Sequence record: NC_021529.2
Length of the DNA: 64,000 bases
Reading direction: 5' to 3' (one strand)
Each line of letters begins with the position of its first letter. Positions within the stretch are counted from its first letter, which is position 1. The position numbers and the translations under genes were made by a program. The notes beneath the pieces were generated by a model. That model was given only the letters and a program-made list of their open reading frames with translations, was not told where the DNA came from and did no database searches. Below are positions 42,795 through 53,138 of this stretch, piece by piece.

Positions 42795-44734
42795 TAGTTA
42801 ACATTCCCTCTTGTTGGGTTAGAGATCTTAGCTTGACCACCACTTGTAATAGGGTGAGAAAGATTCGTCGTGTTCTGAACGCTGTTAACAGCTTGATTAA
42901 CGAAGTTTGTTCCCACTTCTCTAGTTTGCTGTGCTGCTCTAGCTGCTGCTTCACGAGCTGCAACGGCTTCTAATATGACTGAACGCTTAATCTCTTGATA
43001 CGGCTTGATAACACCTTCATCAAGCATACGCTTCATTTCAGCAGCGACGATTGCATCTTCTTGCATTTGCTTCTTCTCAACTTCTGCTGCTAAGAATGCG
43101 TCAAGAGATTCCGCAGATGATGCAAGTTGCTTAGCTGGATCTTTGATGCTTTCCATTACGCCTTTAGCACCGTCTACAACCGCTTGTGCGCTGTTCTTAG
43201 CGCCGTTGACGATAGCATCTTTAGCGTTGTTCAAATAATCCGTTTGATAGCGTGCAGTGAGTCTAGCGTTAACTTCTGCTTTGTCTGCTTCCAACTTATT
43301 GCGATCAGCAGATAGTTTATCTTTCCCTAGCATTTCAGGTCTATCAATTCCCGGTATCCAGTCAATGATACTACCAGCAACTTCTTTGATGTTTAACATC
43401 ATGTTTTCTATTGCTATCATAAGCAATCTAAACGAGTCTGGTATTGACAAGAAACTTGCGATTATTTGGTTGACAGCAGTTACATACATGTTGAACGCTT
43501 TCTCGACGAAAGAAGTCAGCTTCTGGAACCCAGAAACAACACCTTCGACTGCACCTTCTGGTACTGCATCAACGATATTATCACCTACTAATCCAAACCA
43601 GTCAGCAATTCCCTGAACCATATCGTTGAACCAGTTCGATACTATGCTGAATAGCATTTCTCGTTTATCTGAATCACTGAATATGCTTTTTAGTGACACG
43701 AATATTCTGTCTATCTCGTCTTCGAATACTTTGTAAATTGAGTAACCAGCTAGGATTGCAATTAATCCGGGACCTGACAACATCATGCCTACCATTCGAC
43801 CTAGACCTAAAAATGCTTGTCTAACAACAACCATCATCCATTTCTTGATCGTTCCACTCATATCATCAGCTAATGATTGAATGACATTACCAGTACCTTT
43901 AGTAAATTTTCCGAATCCTAGTAGTATCATTGATGCGATACGACCTAGTTTCCCGAATTTACTAGCAGCAGCGGCAGCGGTTGCTAAGTTCCCAGCTAAA
44001 CCGATAACTTGAGTACCTAAGAACGCAACTCCTACACCAAGAATTTGAAATAGTCTAGCAATCCATCCAAGTTTTTTGCCTGTAAGATGTATTGCGATTT
44101 TCTTCAAATCACTTGCTTGGTTTCGCTGAACTTTCATGTTCTCTTTGTAACGATGGAGTTCAGTTTTGCGATTTCTCGACTCGGTCATTACTTGATACGC
44201 GAATATCTTCTTGTATAACGCACTGATAAAGCCCACAGTCAACGGAGCGTTGTTACCCGCACCATTCTGTAGAAAACTATTCAAATCGTCAGCAGCCGTC
44301 TTCTGAAGCCCGATGACGCGCTTCATGTCATTGACTCTGAAGATCAATCTTTCAAACCAACGAGTAAACCCCTCCTGTAAACGAGCAAATTGCATTTTAG
44401 CTGTAAGTTGAAGTTGTTGAATTCCGTTATTGATTCGAGAAAGATGACCCTTGAAGTCCAGAGTTGATTTGATGATATCGGTTAACGATAAGATCGCAGC
44501 GCGAACTTTATTGGATGATTGCTCGAAGTTTTCAACGACACGTTGAAACAACCCTTTTTGCTGTGTAACTGCTTTTTCATTTGTTTTGAAAACCGATTCC
44601 ATTGTCTTCATCATGGACGTCGTAGTCACATCAATATTACTAATATGACGTGCTACACGTTGCATGGTATAGACTTCTGGTCGGTCTTCTTGTTGTAAAA
44701 TGATGAGATCTAATCTTCCGATTATCTCATTCAT
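42794..44734 (-). CDS. Tape-measure/hub gp29-like protein
   Basis: 646 aa, helical with Gly/Ala-rich hydrophobic core, in the tail module. Confidence 0.5.
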   Translation of the reverse strand: MNEIIGRLDLIILQQEDRPEVYTMQRVARHISNIDVTTTSMMKTMESVFKTNEKAVTQQKGLFQRVVENFEQSSNKVRAAILSLTDIIKSTLDFKGHLSRINNGIQQLQLTAKMQFARLQEGFTRWFERLIFRVNDMKRVIGLQKTAADDLNSFLQNGAGNNAPLTVGFISALYKKIFAYQVMTESRNRKTELHRYKENMKVQRNQASDLKKIAIHLTGKKLGWIARLFQILGVGVAFLGTQVIGLAGNLATAAAAASKFGKLGRIASMILLGFGKFTKGTGNVIQSLADDMSGTIKKWMMVVVRQAFLGLGRMVGMMLSGPGLIAILAGYSIYKVFEDEIDRIFVSLKSIFSDSDKREMLFSIVSNWFNDMVQGIADWFGLVGDNIVDAVPEGAVEGVVSGFQKLTSFVEKAFNMYVTAVNQIIASFLSIPDSFRLLMIAIENMMLNIKEVAGSIIDWIPGIDRPEMLGKDKLSADRNKLEADKAEVNARLTARYQTDYLNNAKDAIVNGAKNSAQAVVDGAKGVMESIKDPAKQLASSAESLDAFLAAEVEKKQMQEDAIVAAEMKRMLDEGVIKPYQEIKRSVILEAVAAREAAARAAQQTREVGTNFVNQAVNSVQNTTNLSHPITSGGQAKISNPTRGNVN

Positions 44735-44753
44735 CTTTTTTCGTCAGCCGCCA

Positions 44754-44921
44754 TTATTGCTGTTCCTTACTCTTTTCTTGAATGTGGTGAATAAGCTGTG
44801 CGGCATAGATTTCACGCTCGAATAGAACCATAGTTTCTAGATCGTGAAGAGAAAAATTGCCATGAGTGATCATGGCAAAGTTTTCTTTGTAATACTCTTC
44901 AAGTGAGTATCTACCGAGCAT
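44754..44921 (-). CDS. gp51: Baseplate hub assembly catalyst gp51-like
   Basis: Y...F.M..H..FSL.DLE.M..FEREIY. Confidence 0.7.
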   Translation of the reverse strand: MLGRYSLEEYYKENFAMITHGNFSLHDLETMVLFEREIYAAQLIHHIQEKSKEQQ

Positions 44922-45769
44922 TATACGAAAAAATCTTCTATGCCTTGTAGTGTTACTTTTTCGTGATTCCCGCACTTAGGACATGTTACGTCGATGTGAG
45001 TTGTCACACGCGGCACTGAGTCTACAAATGACTGAACTTTCTTGAACGCTGCTGTATCAAGTTCGCCCATGATGTCAACAAGTTTTTCTTGTGCTGCTAA
45101 TTCTTCTTTCGTGTATACAGTATCACCAACATGAACTTCATGAATCGATTCAACTGCGATATTAAACAACCCTTGTGGTGTATTTGGATCGTTATTCTCG
45201 TACACTCGAATACCTGGGTGTTTTAAAATAATTGCGACGTTTTTGTTTACTTTGACGAGATTTTCGCCATTAAACTCTGGGACGAATGCTGCATTCAAGT
45301 CAATAAATGCAGTGATTTTCTCACCACACAGATGTTTATCTGGTGCAAGAACTTTTTCAATCGCCTCTTCATCTGATTGTTGCATAATCTCAGCAAACAA
45401 ATCATCGGCAGTTTTTTCTAGTTCGGCTTCTTCCTCTTCAGAAAGTGCTTGCAACTCTTCTTCTGGTTTGTCAGCACAGCAGTTGTACTCTGCTTTGATT
45501 TCTGACACGCCATTACTATTCATATACATGTGGATGAACAGATATTCAGCGTCCCCTACTGACAAATCTTCCATTTTAATGTCTGAAACGATACAGTTTT
45601 CTAGGCATTGCTCAATCGCATCAACTTTAGCGTCGGATTCGTTTGCTATGAGTAGTGCTTTATGCTCTTTCGCAAGCATTGCACGCAGCTTCACTTCTTC
45701 GCCTGTTGATGGTAGTGTTACAGTATATTGTGGCGCAGCGAGTACGCTAATATCAAATGCTTTAGTCAT
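44921..45769 (-). CDS. gp26: Baseplate hub subunit
   Basis: LPSTG..V..R....KE.K.LL; CPKCG; GIEDFF. Confidence 0.85.
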   Translation of the reverse strand: MTKAFDISVLAAPQYTVTLPSTGEEVKLRAMLAKEHKALLIANESDAKVDAIEQCLENCIVSDIKMEDLSVGDAEYLFIHMYMNSNGVSEIKAEYNCCADKPEEELQALSEEEEAELEKTADDLFAEIMQQSDEEAIEKVLAPDKHLCGEKITAFIDLNAAFVPEFNGENLVKVNKNVAIILKHPGIRVYENNDPNTPQGLFNIAVESIHEVHVGDTVYTKEELAAQEKLVDIMGELDTAAFKKVQSFVDSVPRVTTHIDVTCPKCGNHEKVTLQGIEDFFV

Positions 45770-45778
45770 GATGTTACC

Positions 45779-46525
45779 TTAAAATAAATTTGAGAATGTT
45801 TCAGATGCAGTATTGTAAATGCTGTTGTAAGTCTTCTCGAAATTCTGAGTTATGTTAAGTGAATCTGCGATTGTGTTTGACAAGTCTTCACTCATATATG
45901 TTGCACTTTCGTAAACGAATTCAACTTCGAATTCAGCTACCGCGTTGTTATTTTCATAACCAAGTTGCACACCACCTACACGAATAGGGAAAGCGTTTTT
46001 CAAACTGGTCATAGTTGCCATATTTGAGTTGCGGTCGTACGTGTAGATCTCGATTGTTCTTGCATAGTTTGCAAAGAATCCGACTTGTGCAGAGTCATTC
46101 GAATAGATCTGTTTAAACCACCCCATAAGCATTTTTCTTTCTGGGTGTGACGGCGACAAGTACAGCGACATCGTAACCGTCTCGTCTGTTTTTGCCTTTA
46201 CTACGTGATGTGGGCGACGGCGCGTTTTGTCAACGTCAGTTTCGTATGATGAACCTGGTAAATTGACTGATTTAACCATCATCCCAATGTTTCGTTCAAG
46301 CTCAAACCCAGTACCAAATAATGCCGCTGTTGATGCGAGTGCGTCTTTAACTCCGATACCTTTTATCACGTCGATATCAGAGTTTAAAAACGATTCACCC
46401 GTGTTCATTATCTGTTTTGCTGTATCTTGCAGCGATGCAAATCGCACCGCATACAAGTTCTGTCTTGCTAAGTCGTTCTTAGACACATGAGATAAGAACT
46501 TCTTAACATCTATACCGATTGCCAT
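45779..46525 (-). CDS. gp54: Baseplate tail-tube initiator (gp54/gp19-like fold)
   Basis: DLAR.N.Y, VNLPG, NAFPI.V..V.L.YE. Confidence 0.65.
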   Translation of the reverse strand: MAIGIDVKKFLSHVSKNDLARQNLYAVRFASLQDTAKQIMNTGESFLNSDIDVIKGIGVKDALASTAALFGTGFELERNIGMMVKSVNLPGSSYETDVDKTRRRPHHVVKAKTDETVTMSLYLSPSHPERKMLMGWFKQIYSNDSAQVGFFANYARTIEIYTYDRNSNMATMTSLKNAFPIRVGGVQLGYENNNAVAEFEVEFVYESATYMSEDLSNTIADSLNITQNFEKTYNSIYNTASETFSNLF

Positions 46526-46528
46526 TCG

Positions 46529-47125
46529 TTATCTCCTTCTATAACGATCATCGTAAGCACGAACAGCAGAAATGTTACGACCATTTTTAGCAACGAATTG
46601 TTGCAACGGCATGTGAATAACATTGTACCAGTCATGTGGCTTCACTTCTTCAAGAGAGCCTTTGATCCTCTTCATGATGTAAAGCTTCACCATGTGCTTA
46701 CTAAACTTAATGTTCTTAACTCGACCCCAATCTATAACCAATCGAGTAGAGTTTGAAACTGTTTTTGTGTTTGCATAACGAAGTAGTGTAGTCAAGAACT
46801 TTTCACGTTCTTTTGGTGGGATATAATGCAAGTTAAGCCCTAGCATATAACCTTTCTGCTGACCAAGACAAAGAATACATGGGAATTTATCCCAGTATGG
46901 CAGTTTATCTTTAGTTTTTGCGTCGTATGCAAATACGTACATGTTTCCCTTGTACGGCACTTGCACTTTTCTGCTTCGTATAGCGTCGTGTACTTTCTTT
47001 TTGAACCAAGCAAACGATTTGCGTTGATTTTTTGCTATCGGTTGACGACCAAGCTCGTGAGTTTGAGCTTTGAAGCTGTCAAGAAGACTCTCTTTCTTCT
47101 TCTTTGCGCGTTCTGTTCTAGCCAT
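46529..47125 (-). CDS. gp2: DNA end protector
   Basis: Y.F.YDAK.KD.LPYWD.FP, GLNLHY. Confidence 0.9.
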   Translation of the reverse strand: MARTERAKKKKESLLDSFKAQTHELGRQPIAKNQRKSFAWFKKKVHDAIRSRKVQVPYKGNMYVFAYDAKTKDKLPYWDKFPCILCLGQQKGYMLGLNLHYIPPKEREKFLTTLLRYANTKTVSNSTRLVIDWGRVKNIKFSKHMVKLYIMKRIKGSLEEVKPHDWYNVIHMPLQQFVAKNGRNISAVRAYDDRYRRR

Positions 47126-47580
47126 TACACTCTCAGTCCTATTAGTTTTCTCAACCCATGCTCAGTAAGCACGCGAAAAATCCAACCCTTTTGTTTAGCG
47201 AATTTAATCGCTGCTTCCCACTTGTCTTGATTTACTTGGAATGTGTAAACTTCTTTGAGTAGACGTTTCTTAGCCTTCTCAGTAAGACGTTGTGGTTTTT
47301 CGGGTGGCATTGTTTCTTTATGAGGTTTTATCTCGAATATGAACTTTCTACCGTCATCAAACTCGACGTAAAAGTCCATAAAATATCTACGTTTTTTACC
47401 GCCATCCGCAGAGCTAACATACGGTATGACTATTTCTTCTGAGTTCCAACGAACAACGTGCGTGTTGTTATCACACCAGCGCATAAAAGACAATTCCCAC
47501 GAGCTTCGATACTCGATTTTCTGATAATTGCCTTTGTACTTTGACTTGTTCGACGGTACAAATTTTCCAGAGTATGCCAT
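47125..47580 (-). CDS. gp4: Head completion nuclease
   Basis: Y.G.F.P.N..KYKG, YRSSWE, W.SEE, RYF.DF, EIKP. Confidence 0.92.
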   Translation of the reverse strand: MAYSGKFVPSNKSKYKGNYQKIEYRSSWELSFMRWCDNNTHVVRWNSEEIVIPYVSSADGGKKRRYFMDFYVEFDDGRKFIFEIKPHKETMPPEKPQRLTEKAKKRLLKEVYTFQVNQDKWEAAIKFAKQKGWIFRVLTEHGLRKLIGLRV

Positions 47581-47597
47581 ATTTACGCCTCCTTTCT

Positions 47598-47622
47598 ATT
47601 ATTTAGTTCTTCTCTAAATACA
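47598..47622. promoter_or_regulatory. Divergent late promoters
   Basis: TAAATA on both strands between gp4 and gp48. Confidence 0.6.
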
Positions 47623-47649
47623 GATATAGATTTATACGGAGACGATAAA

Positions 47650-48807
47650 ATGGGATTACTAGATGGGCTATTTAGCCCAATTAGCGCAAAGACTAGAGAG
47701 GGACTAAACCGAATTGAGACTGTTGGTGGTGTTGATAGCACAACAACTGAGGAAGTGACTTCTGAGACAGACCAAGGTCGTGTAAGTCAATCTGGATCCG
47801 TTGCGCACACTTACCCGTCTAACTTAGGCGCTAGATCGGGACACCCGAACTTTTTCATATTCCGCGCTTATGATATGGCTAGTATTACAAAACAGCACTA
47901 CACGACTATGAGGCAGTCATTCAGCTCACGCACACAAGACGATGAGCAAGGTGCTGCTATTAGCGGCACATTAATGGCTACTCTTGCGCTGTATGCTCCT
48001 AACTTAGTCGAAGAGGTTTCACATGAGTTTGACAAGACGACGACATCAGTTCTGAAAGACTTCTTGGCAGATGCCGCAGACATTCGCGGTGCTGATTCAG
48101 CAGGAGAAGCATATGATGCAGGTAAACGAGCCGCAACGACTGCTGCTGGTGCAGCTATTGCTCAGATTCAGCGTTCATTCATTCAGTCAAATGCCGCTGC
48201 TGCTCTTGAGCGTGGTGGTCAAGTAGTAACTGATAACGTTTCAGTGACTGCATACAAGGGAACCGCTCAAAGAACGCAAACAATGATGTATCAGTTCCAT
48301 CCAAAATCACTTGAAGAGTTGAAAGAAGTTGCTGGTGTGATCAAGACGTTTTATCGTCTATCTCTACCTGTAAAAGGCAAATTTGATTCAGAACTGATTA
48401 AAGCGGGCACGGAAGTTTTCGGTAGTGGCTTTGCAGCAGGCGCTAGTAAATTTGCGACTGTATTAAAAGCACCTCCAGTATGGATGATTGAAGAAGTGTC
48501 AGACACTGATGCTGATAGATACACACCAAGGTTTGTATTCGGTCCTGCTGGCATCACATCAGTTAAATTAAACAGAACACCAGATCAATACTGGAGAACA
48601 TTCAGAGGTACAGCGGGTGATCCTGCTGGTATTGAACTTGAAGTTACATTCACTGAATTGATCTCACTAGACCGCGCTCTATACGATAACGACATTGCTT
48701 CGTCATCACGTGGGTATGATAAGGGATATGAGACTCAGAATGGAACAAATACAAACTCTGGTTCGTTCTTTGGTGATATTACTGGTACAATTAGCGGGTT
48801 ATTCTAA
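47650..48807 (+). CDS. gp48: Baseplate tail-tube cap
   Basis: F.P.S..E...V..I..F; PP.W; L...FTE...L.R. Confidence 0.7.
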   Translation: MGLLDGLFSPISAKTREGLNRIETVGGVDSTTTEEVTSETDQGRVSQSGSVAHTYPSNLGARSGHPNFFIFRAYDMASITKQHYTTMRQSFSSRTQDDEQGAAISGTLMATLALYAPNLVEEVSHEFDKTTTSVLKDFLADAADIRGADSAGEAYDAGKRAATTAAGAAIAQIQRSFIQSNAAAALERGGQVVTDNVSVTAYKGTAQRTQTMMYQFHPKSLEELKEVAGVIKTFYRLSLPVKGKFDSELIKAGTEVFGSGFAAGASKFATVLKAPPVWMIEEVSDTDADRYTPRFVFGPAGITSVKLNRTPDQYWRTFRGTAGDPAGIELEVTFTELISLDRALYDNDIASSSRGYDKGYETQNGTNTNSGSFFGDITGTISGLF

Positions 48808-49385
48808 TGATTTTTTCAATATTTGACAAGACTGAGTATCTTGGGTTGAATACTGCTGATATTTTCAAGAACTTGAATTACTATCATAAGCAAATCATAC
48901 CAGGATACACGACAATACAATATAAAATTAGGGGCGATTATCGCCCTGAACAAATTGCATACGAGTTATACGGCGACACGTCTCTTTACTGGCTGATTAT
49001 GCTTCTTAATAGAAGAGTTGACCCGTATTACGATTGGATTCAACCAAACGAAACTGTATCTGAAAATTCAATATATCGCTATCAATATGTTGGTGGTAAT
49101 GAGCAAGTTCATCATTACGTCGATGAGGGCGGTCGTTGGTGGTTCGATATGATAGAAGATCCAGAAAACCCACGAAATTGGTATAATAAATTCGACTGGG
49201 AAAATAATGCGCCTGAAGAAGGGCAGGAAGATTATAGGGAAATTCTATATCACGGTGTTATGATACCAGTTTCGATTGATGAACATGAGTTTAATAAAAA
49301 TGAAGAACTGCGAGTTATTGACGTACTTTCGAGTGATGATGTCAGCACATATATAAACTCGTTTTTGAGATTAGCAGGGGTATAA
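48807..49385 (+). CDS. gp53: Baseplate wedge subunit
   Basis: RPEQIAYELYG...YW.I.L.N...DPY.DW. Confidence 0.9.
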   Translation: MIFSIFDKTEYLGLNTADIFKNLNYYHKQIIPGYTTIQYKIRGDYRPEQIAYELYGDTSLYWLIMLLNRRVDPYYDWIQPNETVSENSIYRYQYVGGNEQVHHYVDEGGRWWFDMIEDPENPRNWYNKFDWENNAPEEGQEDYREILYHGVMIPVSIDEHEFNKNEELRVIDVLSSDDVSTYINSFLRLAGV

Positions 49386-49386
49386 A

Positions 49387-50658
49387 ATGTTTGAAATGCG
49401 CTCAGCTAACCCAGTTGAAAACTTTGTGGTTAGCAAAATTCGCGTGAGGGGATTGAATTTCTCAGCATCTGTTGAGAATGAAATAACGCATCTTGAAGTG
49501 TATGAATCTCTTGATGGATTAATATCAGGCGTATTTATGTTCAAGGACTCCATTGGTGTTGTTGATACTCTTAGAATTTCCGGCTTTGAGGCAGTCGATC
49601 TTGAATTTGCGTCATACGTCGGTGCGAGGGCGCATAAAGTATACCAGAGATCATTTCGCGTAACTGGTATATCACGAATGCCGTCGAGAACTGGTGGGTT
49701 CGAATCTACTATTATTCGTTTCACAAATAACTTGATTACTCTGAACGATTATGTTAAACGCCCTTATGTATTCAAGAAGACAAGTATTTCTAATATTATA
49801 AAGACGATATTGGATGGTCTTGGTGATGAAGCACCGCAATACGAACTCGAATCGTCGCTTTATCAGAGAGATTTTGTGACTGGAATTGCTAGACCTTATA
49901 ACGTGATCAGAAGTGTTGTTGATTACGCAAGTACTGACGTGAACAACAGTTGCAAATTCTTCTTTTATGAAGATCGCGATTCCATCAAGTTTGCATCACT
50001 TGGTACTATACGCAATAAAGATTACGAGTTTATTATTCGTAAAGGTGCTGATACTGGTGATGTCAAATGGACATCAGGAGACACGAATGTAATAACTGCA
50101 TTGCGTGTTGTTGTGAAAGAACAGTCTAACATGCATGAGATTTCTAGTGGATTATTCGGCTCAAGAACATATTCGCATAGTTTAGTTCGTAAAAAGTTGA
50201 CGACGAAGGATGTGCGTCGAAACGACTATATTCAGCAAGTTGGCATATTGAACGACGTTGCTCATATGTACACGACTGACGATGAATTTCCTAGTGAAGT
50301 TGAAGAGACATTGCAGCCTCTAAACAGCATTCAGCTTGTGTCTAACGATGGGTTTTATTCAAACGATAATAAGCACACGCTTGGGTCTATTCATGGTGTG
50401 TCGCTTATGGAAGAGACGTATCTAAACGCGAAACAAATACTTGTTGAGATACCCGGGAATACGAACATTACTGTTGGTGATGTCGTGTTCTTAGATTATC
50501 ACTCAGTGACTGGTGACAATCACTCTAGTTTAGATGCATCAGGTCGTTGGATTGTACACGAATTGAAGCACAGAGTCGAGCCAAATTCATTCATCACGAC
50601 ACTTGAGTTGTCATCTGATTCATCAGTAAATACGGCAGTATCTGGGAGCGAAAAATAA
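49387..50658 (+). CDS. gp27: Baseplate hub protein
   Basis: YE.L.G..G...F.D..G; FFFYED; IPG...I.VG. Confidence 0.7.
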   Translation: MFEMRSANPVENFVVSKIRVRGLNFSASVENEITHLEVYESLDGLISGVFMFKDSIGVVDTLRISGFEAVDLEFASYVGARAHKVYQRSFRVTGISRMPSRTGGFESTIIRFTNNLITLNDYVKRPYVFKKTSISNIIKTILDGLGDEAPQYELESSLYQRDFVTGIARPYNVIRSVVDYASTDVNNSCKFFFYEDRDSIKFASLGTIRNKDYEFIIRKGADTGDVKWTSGDTNVITALRVVVKEQSNMHEISSGLFGSRTYSHSLVRKKLTTKDVRRNDYIQQVGILNDVAHMYTTDDEFPSEVEETLQPLNSIQLVSNDGFYSNDNKHTLGSIHGVSLMEETYLNAKQILVEIPGNTNITVGDVVFLDYHSVTGDNHSSLDASGRWIVHELKHRVEPNSFITTLELSSDSSVNTAVSGSEK

Positions 50659-51827
50659 TGTTTATGGGATTAGAAGGGTTTGAATGGTGGACTGGTGTTG
50701 TCGAAGATCGCACATCAGACCCTCTCAAGCTCGGTAGAATTAAAGTTAGGATGATTGGATTGCACCCTGAGAAGAAAAGCTCAGAGCAAGGTATTAGAAC
50801 TGAAGAGTTGCTATGGGTTCACCCTATGCAATCGATTGATAACGCTGCAATGAATGGTATCGGCAAGACATCACTCGGCGTTGTTGAAGGGACATGGGTT
50901 TTTGGGTTTTTCAGAGATAAATTACGTCAAGATGCAGTCGCAATGGGAGTGTTCCCTGGCATACCAGAAGACATCCCAAATGGAAGCAACGGGTTTAATG
51001 ACCCAAATGAGAAATATCCACTTGCAGACAAATTAAATGAGCCAGACACAAATCGCCTAGCTCGTAACGATGTCGATCCAGATGCGTATGACGAATCGCA
51101 ATCGCAATCGAATTTTGACAGCGGTGAAGCAGAATACGTCTATAGACCGCATCCTGTTATCGCTAGTAAGCGTTCGATGGAAGAGAAAGGCATTACAACT
51201 GCGGGGTATAACGCTTCTGGTCAGACGTACGATGAACCCGCAACACCGTACGCAGCTCAATATCCATTTAATCACGTTCATGAATCTGAGTCTGGTCACA
51301 TTCATGAAATTGATGACACAGAAGGCGCAGAGCGTCTACACACGTATCATAGAACAGGTACATTTGAAGAGATACATCCAGATGGTAGTCGTGTTACTAA
51401 AATCGTAGGTGATGACTTTGAGATAATCCATACCAATAAGAATGTGCTAATAAAAGGGAATCTTAACATTACTGTTGATGGTGACGCGACATTTTACTGC
51501 AAGCAGAATGTAACTCAGCAGATTGATGGTGACTTGAAGCAGCACATTAAAGGTAACGTAGAACAGCACGTTGAAATGAATGTTACGCAAACTGTTGACC
51601 AAAATGTAACTCAAACAGTTGGTGGTAATGTCCAGAGCAATGTATCAGGTGATTACACTCAACATGTTAGTGGGAATTACACTATTACAGTTGGTGGTTC
51701 TATGTCTGAGAGTGTCAGTTCGTCATATACTCGCTCGGCATCATCAATTAGTGATAACGGTGGTGGCGCGACGTTAGACTTAGCTGGATCTGCGTCATTA
51801 GACGGTACGACAGTGAATCTAGGGTGA
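50658..51827 (+). CDS. gp5: Baseplate hub/needle, OB-fold + beta-helix, no lysozyme domain seen
   Basis: GVVEDR.DP.KLGR.KVR; YPFNHV.ESESGHI.E.DDT; V.GN repeats. Confidence 0.9.
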   Translation: MFMGLEGFEWWTGVVEDRTSDPLKLGRIKVRMIGLHPEKKSSEQGIRTEELLWVHPMQSIDNAAMNGIGKTSLGVVEGTWVFGFFRDKLRQDAVAMGVFPGIPEDIPNGSNGFNDPNEKYPLADKLNEPDTNRLARNDVDPDAYDESQSQSNFDSGEAEYVYRPHPVIASKRSMEEKGITTAGYNASGQTYDEPATPYAAQYPFNHVHESESGHIHEIDDTEGAERLHTYHRTGTFEEIHPDGSRVTKIVGDDFEIIHTNKNVLIKGNLNITVDGDATFYCKQNVTQQIDGDLKQHIKGNVEQHVEMNVTQTVDQNVTQTVGGNVQSNVSGDYTQHVSGNYTITVGGSMSESVSSSYTRSASSISDNGGGATLDLAGSASLDGTTVNLG

Positions 51828-51831
51828 TTAA

Positions 51832-52317
51832 ATGGCTAGCATATTACCATTAACACTAGCAACAATCGCAGAAGGGGAGAACGTCGATGTGACGTTCTCT
51901 GCTGTTTTAGAGGTAGGCGAAACGCTAGTTGACATCAACATAACAGATCATCGAGCTAATACGGGTATAACCGTTACTGGTGCTAGATATCACGGGCAAT
52001 ATCAAGACTCATTTGATCTAGGGCCGAGTGGGTTGAAATATCGAGATACACGAGATAATACTTATCATACAGTTGGTAAATTCAGTGATCTTCCCGCTAA
52101 TCCAGCTCACGGTCACGTTTATAGATTTGAAGCACCAAGTCCATTATCAACTGATTACTTTTACGAAGTGACGGTTAATTATACATACGAAGATCCACTT
52201 GTACCAGGCGTTATCGATGAACTTCAGATAGTTCAAACGTTCACGCAGACTGTGAAAGGTAAATGGGATAATTGGGCTACACAACTTAGAAATTATATAG
52301 CAGCAGGGAGTACATAA
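51832..52317 (+). CDS. gp5.1-like baseplate-associated protein
   Basis: Position after gp5; W.....LR.Y C-terminus. Confidence 0.6.
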   Translation: MASILPLTLATIAEGENVDVTFSAVLEVGETLVDINITDHRANTGITVTGARYHGQYQDSFDLGPSGLKYRDTRDNTYHTVGKFSDLPANPAHGHVYRFEAPSPLSTDYFYEVTVNYTYEDPLVPGVIDELQIVQTFTQTVKGKWDNWATQLRNYIAAGST

Positions 52318-52925
52318 TGCCAGCATTAGCAGGAGCAAACGAACCGACAACAGGTCATGAAACATATCCACCAACTGAAGTTACTGGTGGTAGTTCTAAG
52401 GGATAACGAACTGAGTCGGAGACACGCTGTTTTAGAGGTAGGCGAAACGCTAGTTGACATCAACATAACAGATCATCGAGCTAATACGGGTATAACCGTT
52501 ACTGGTGCTAGATATCACGGGCAATATCAAGACTCATTTGATCTAGGGCCGAGTGGGTTGAAATATCGAGATACACGAGATAATACTTATCATACAGTTG
52601 GTAAATTCAGTGATCTTCCCGCTAATCCAGCTCACGGTCACGTTTATAGATTTGAAGCACCAAGTCCATTATCAACTGATTACTTTTACGAAGTGACGGT
52701 TAATTATACATACGAAGATCCACTTGTACCAGGCGTTATCGATGAACTTCAGATAGTTCAAACGTTCACGCAGACTGTGAAAGGTAAATGGGATAATTGG
52801 GCTACACAACTTAGAAATTATATAGCAGCAGGGAGTACATAATGCCAGCATTAGCAGGAGCAAACGAACCGACAACAGGTCATGAAACATATCCACCAAC
52901 TGAAGTTACTGGTGGTAGTTCTAAG
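51901..52925 (+). repeat. Exact 500-bp direct duplication separated by 25 nt of barcode + adapter (artefact)
   Basis: 51901-52400 equals 52426-52925; CTGAGTCGGAGACACGC is the reverse complement of the 454/Ion A adapter end. Confidence 0.92.
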
Positions 52926-53138
52926 GTGTTTGTACAAGGTAAGCAAGCGTTATCGAAAGATAATCTAGTGCATATCACACACTGTAACACAGTAGAACCA
53001 CATGATTGTCATGCAGGTAGCGCAGCGACGTATAGTCCGAAAGTGTTCATAGAAGGGAGCAATGCAATCCGCATCGGCGACACATTAACGTGCGGCGACA
53101 CGGTTGCAGGTGGTTCAGGGAAGGTATCTAGTTCGTAG
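52842..53138 (+). CDS. gp5.4: PAAR spike tip
   Basis: GH..PPT..T.GS.KVF..G; HC..H; RIGD.L.CGD.V..GS. Confidence 0.9.
   Translation: MPALAGANEPTTGHETYPPTEVTGGSSKVFVQGKQALSKDNLVHITHCNTVEPHDCHAGSAATYSPKVFIEGSNAIRIGDTLTCGDTVAGGSGKVSSS

Noticed and set aside
52357-52842. Second gp5.1-like ORF and truncated PAAR at 52317
   Set aside because: Products of the adapter-containing 500-bp artefact.
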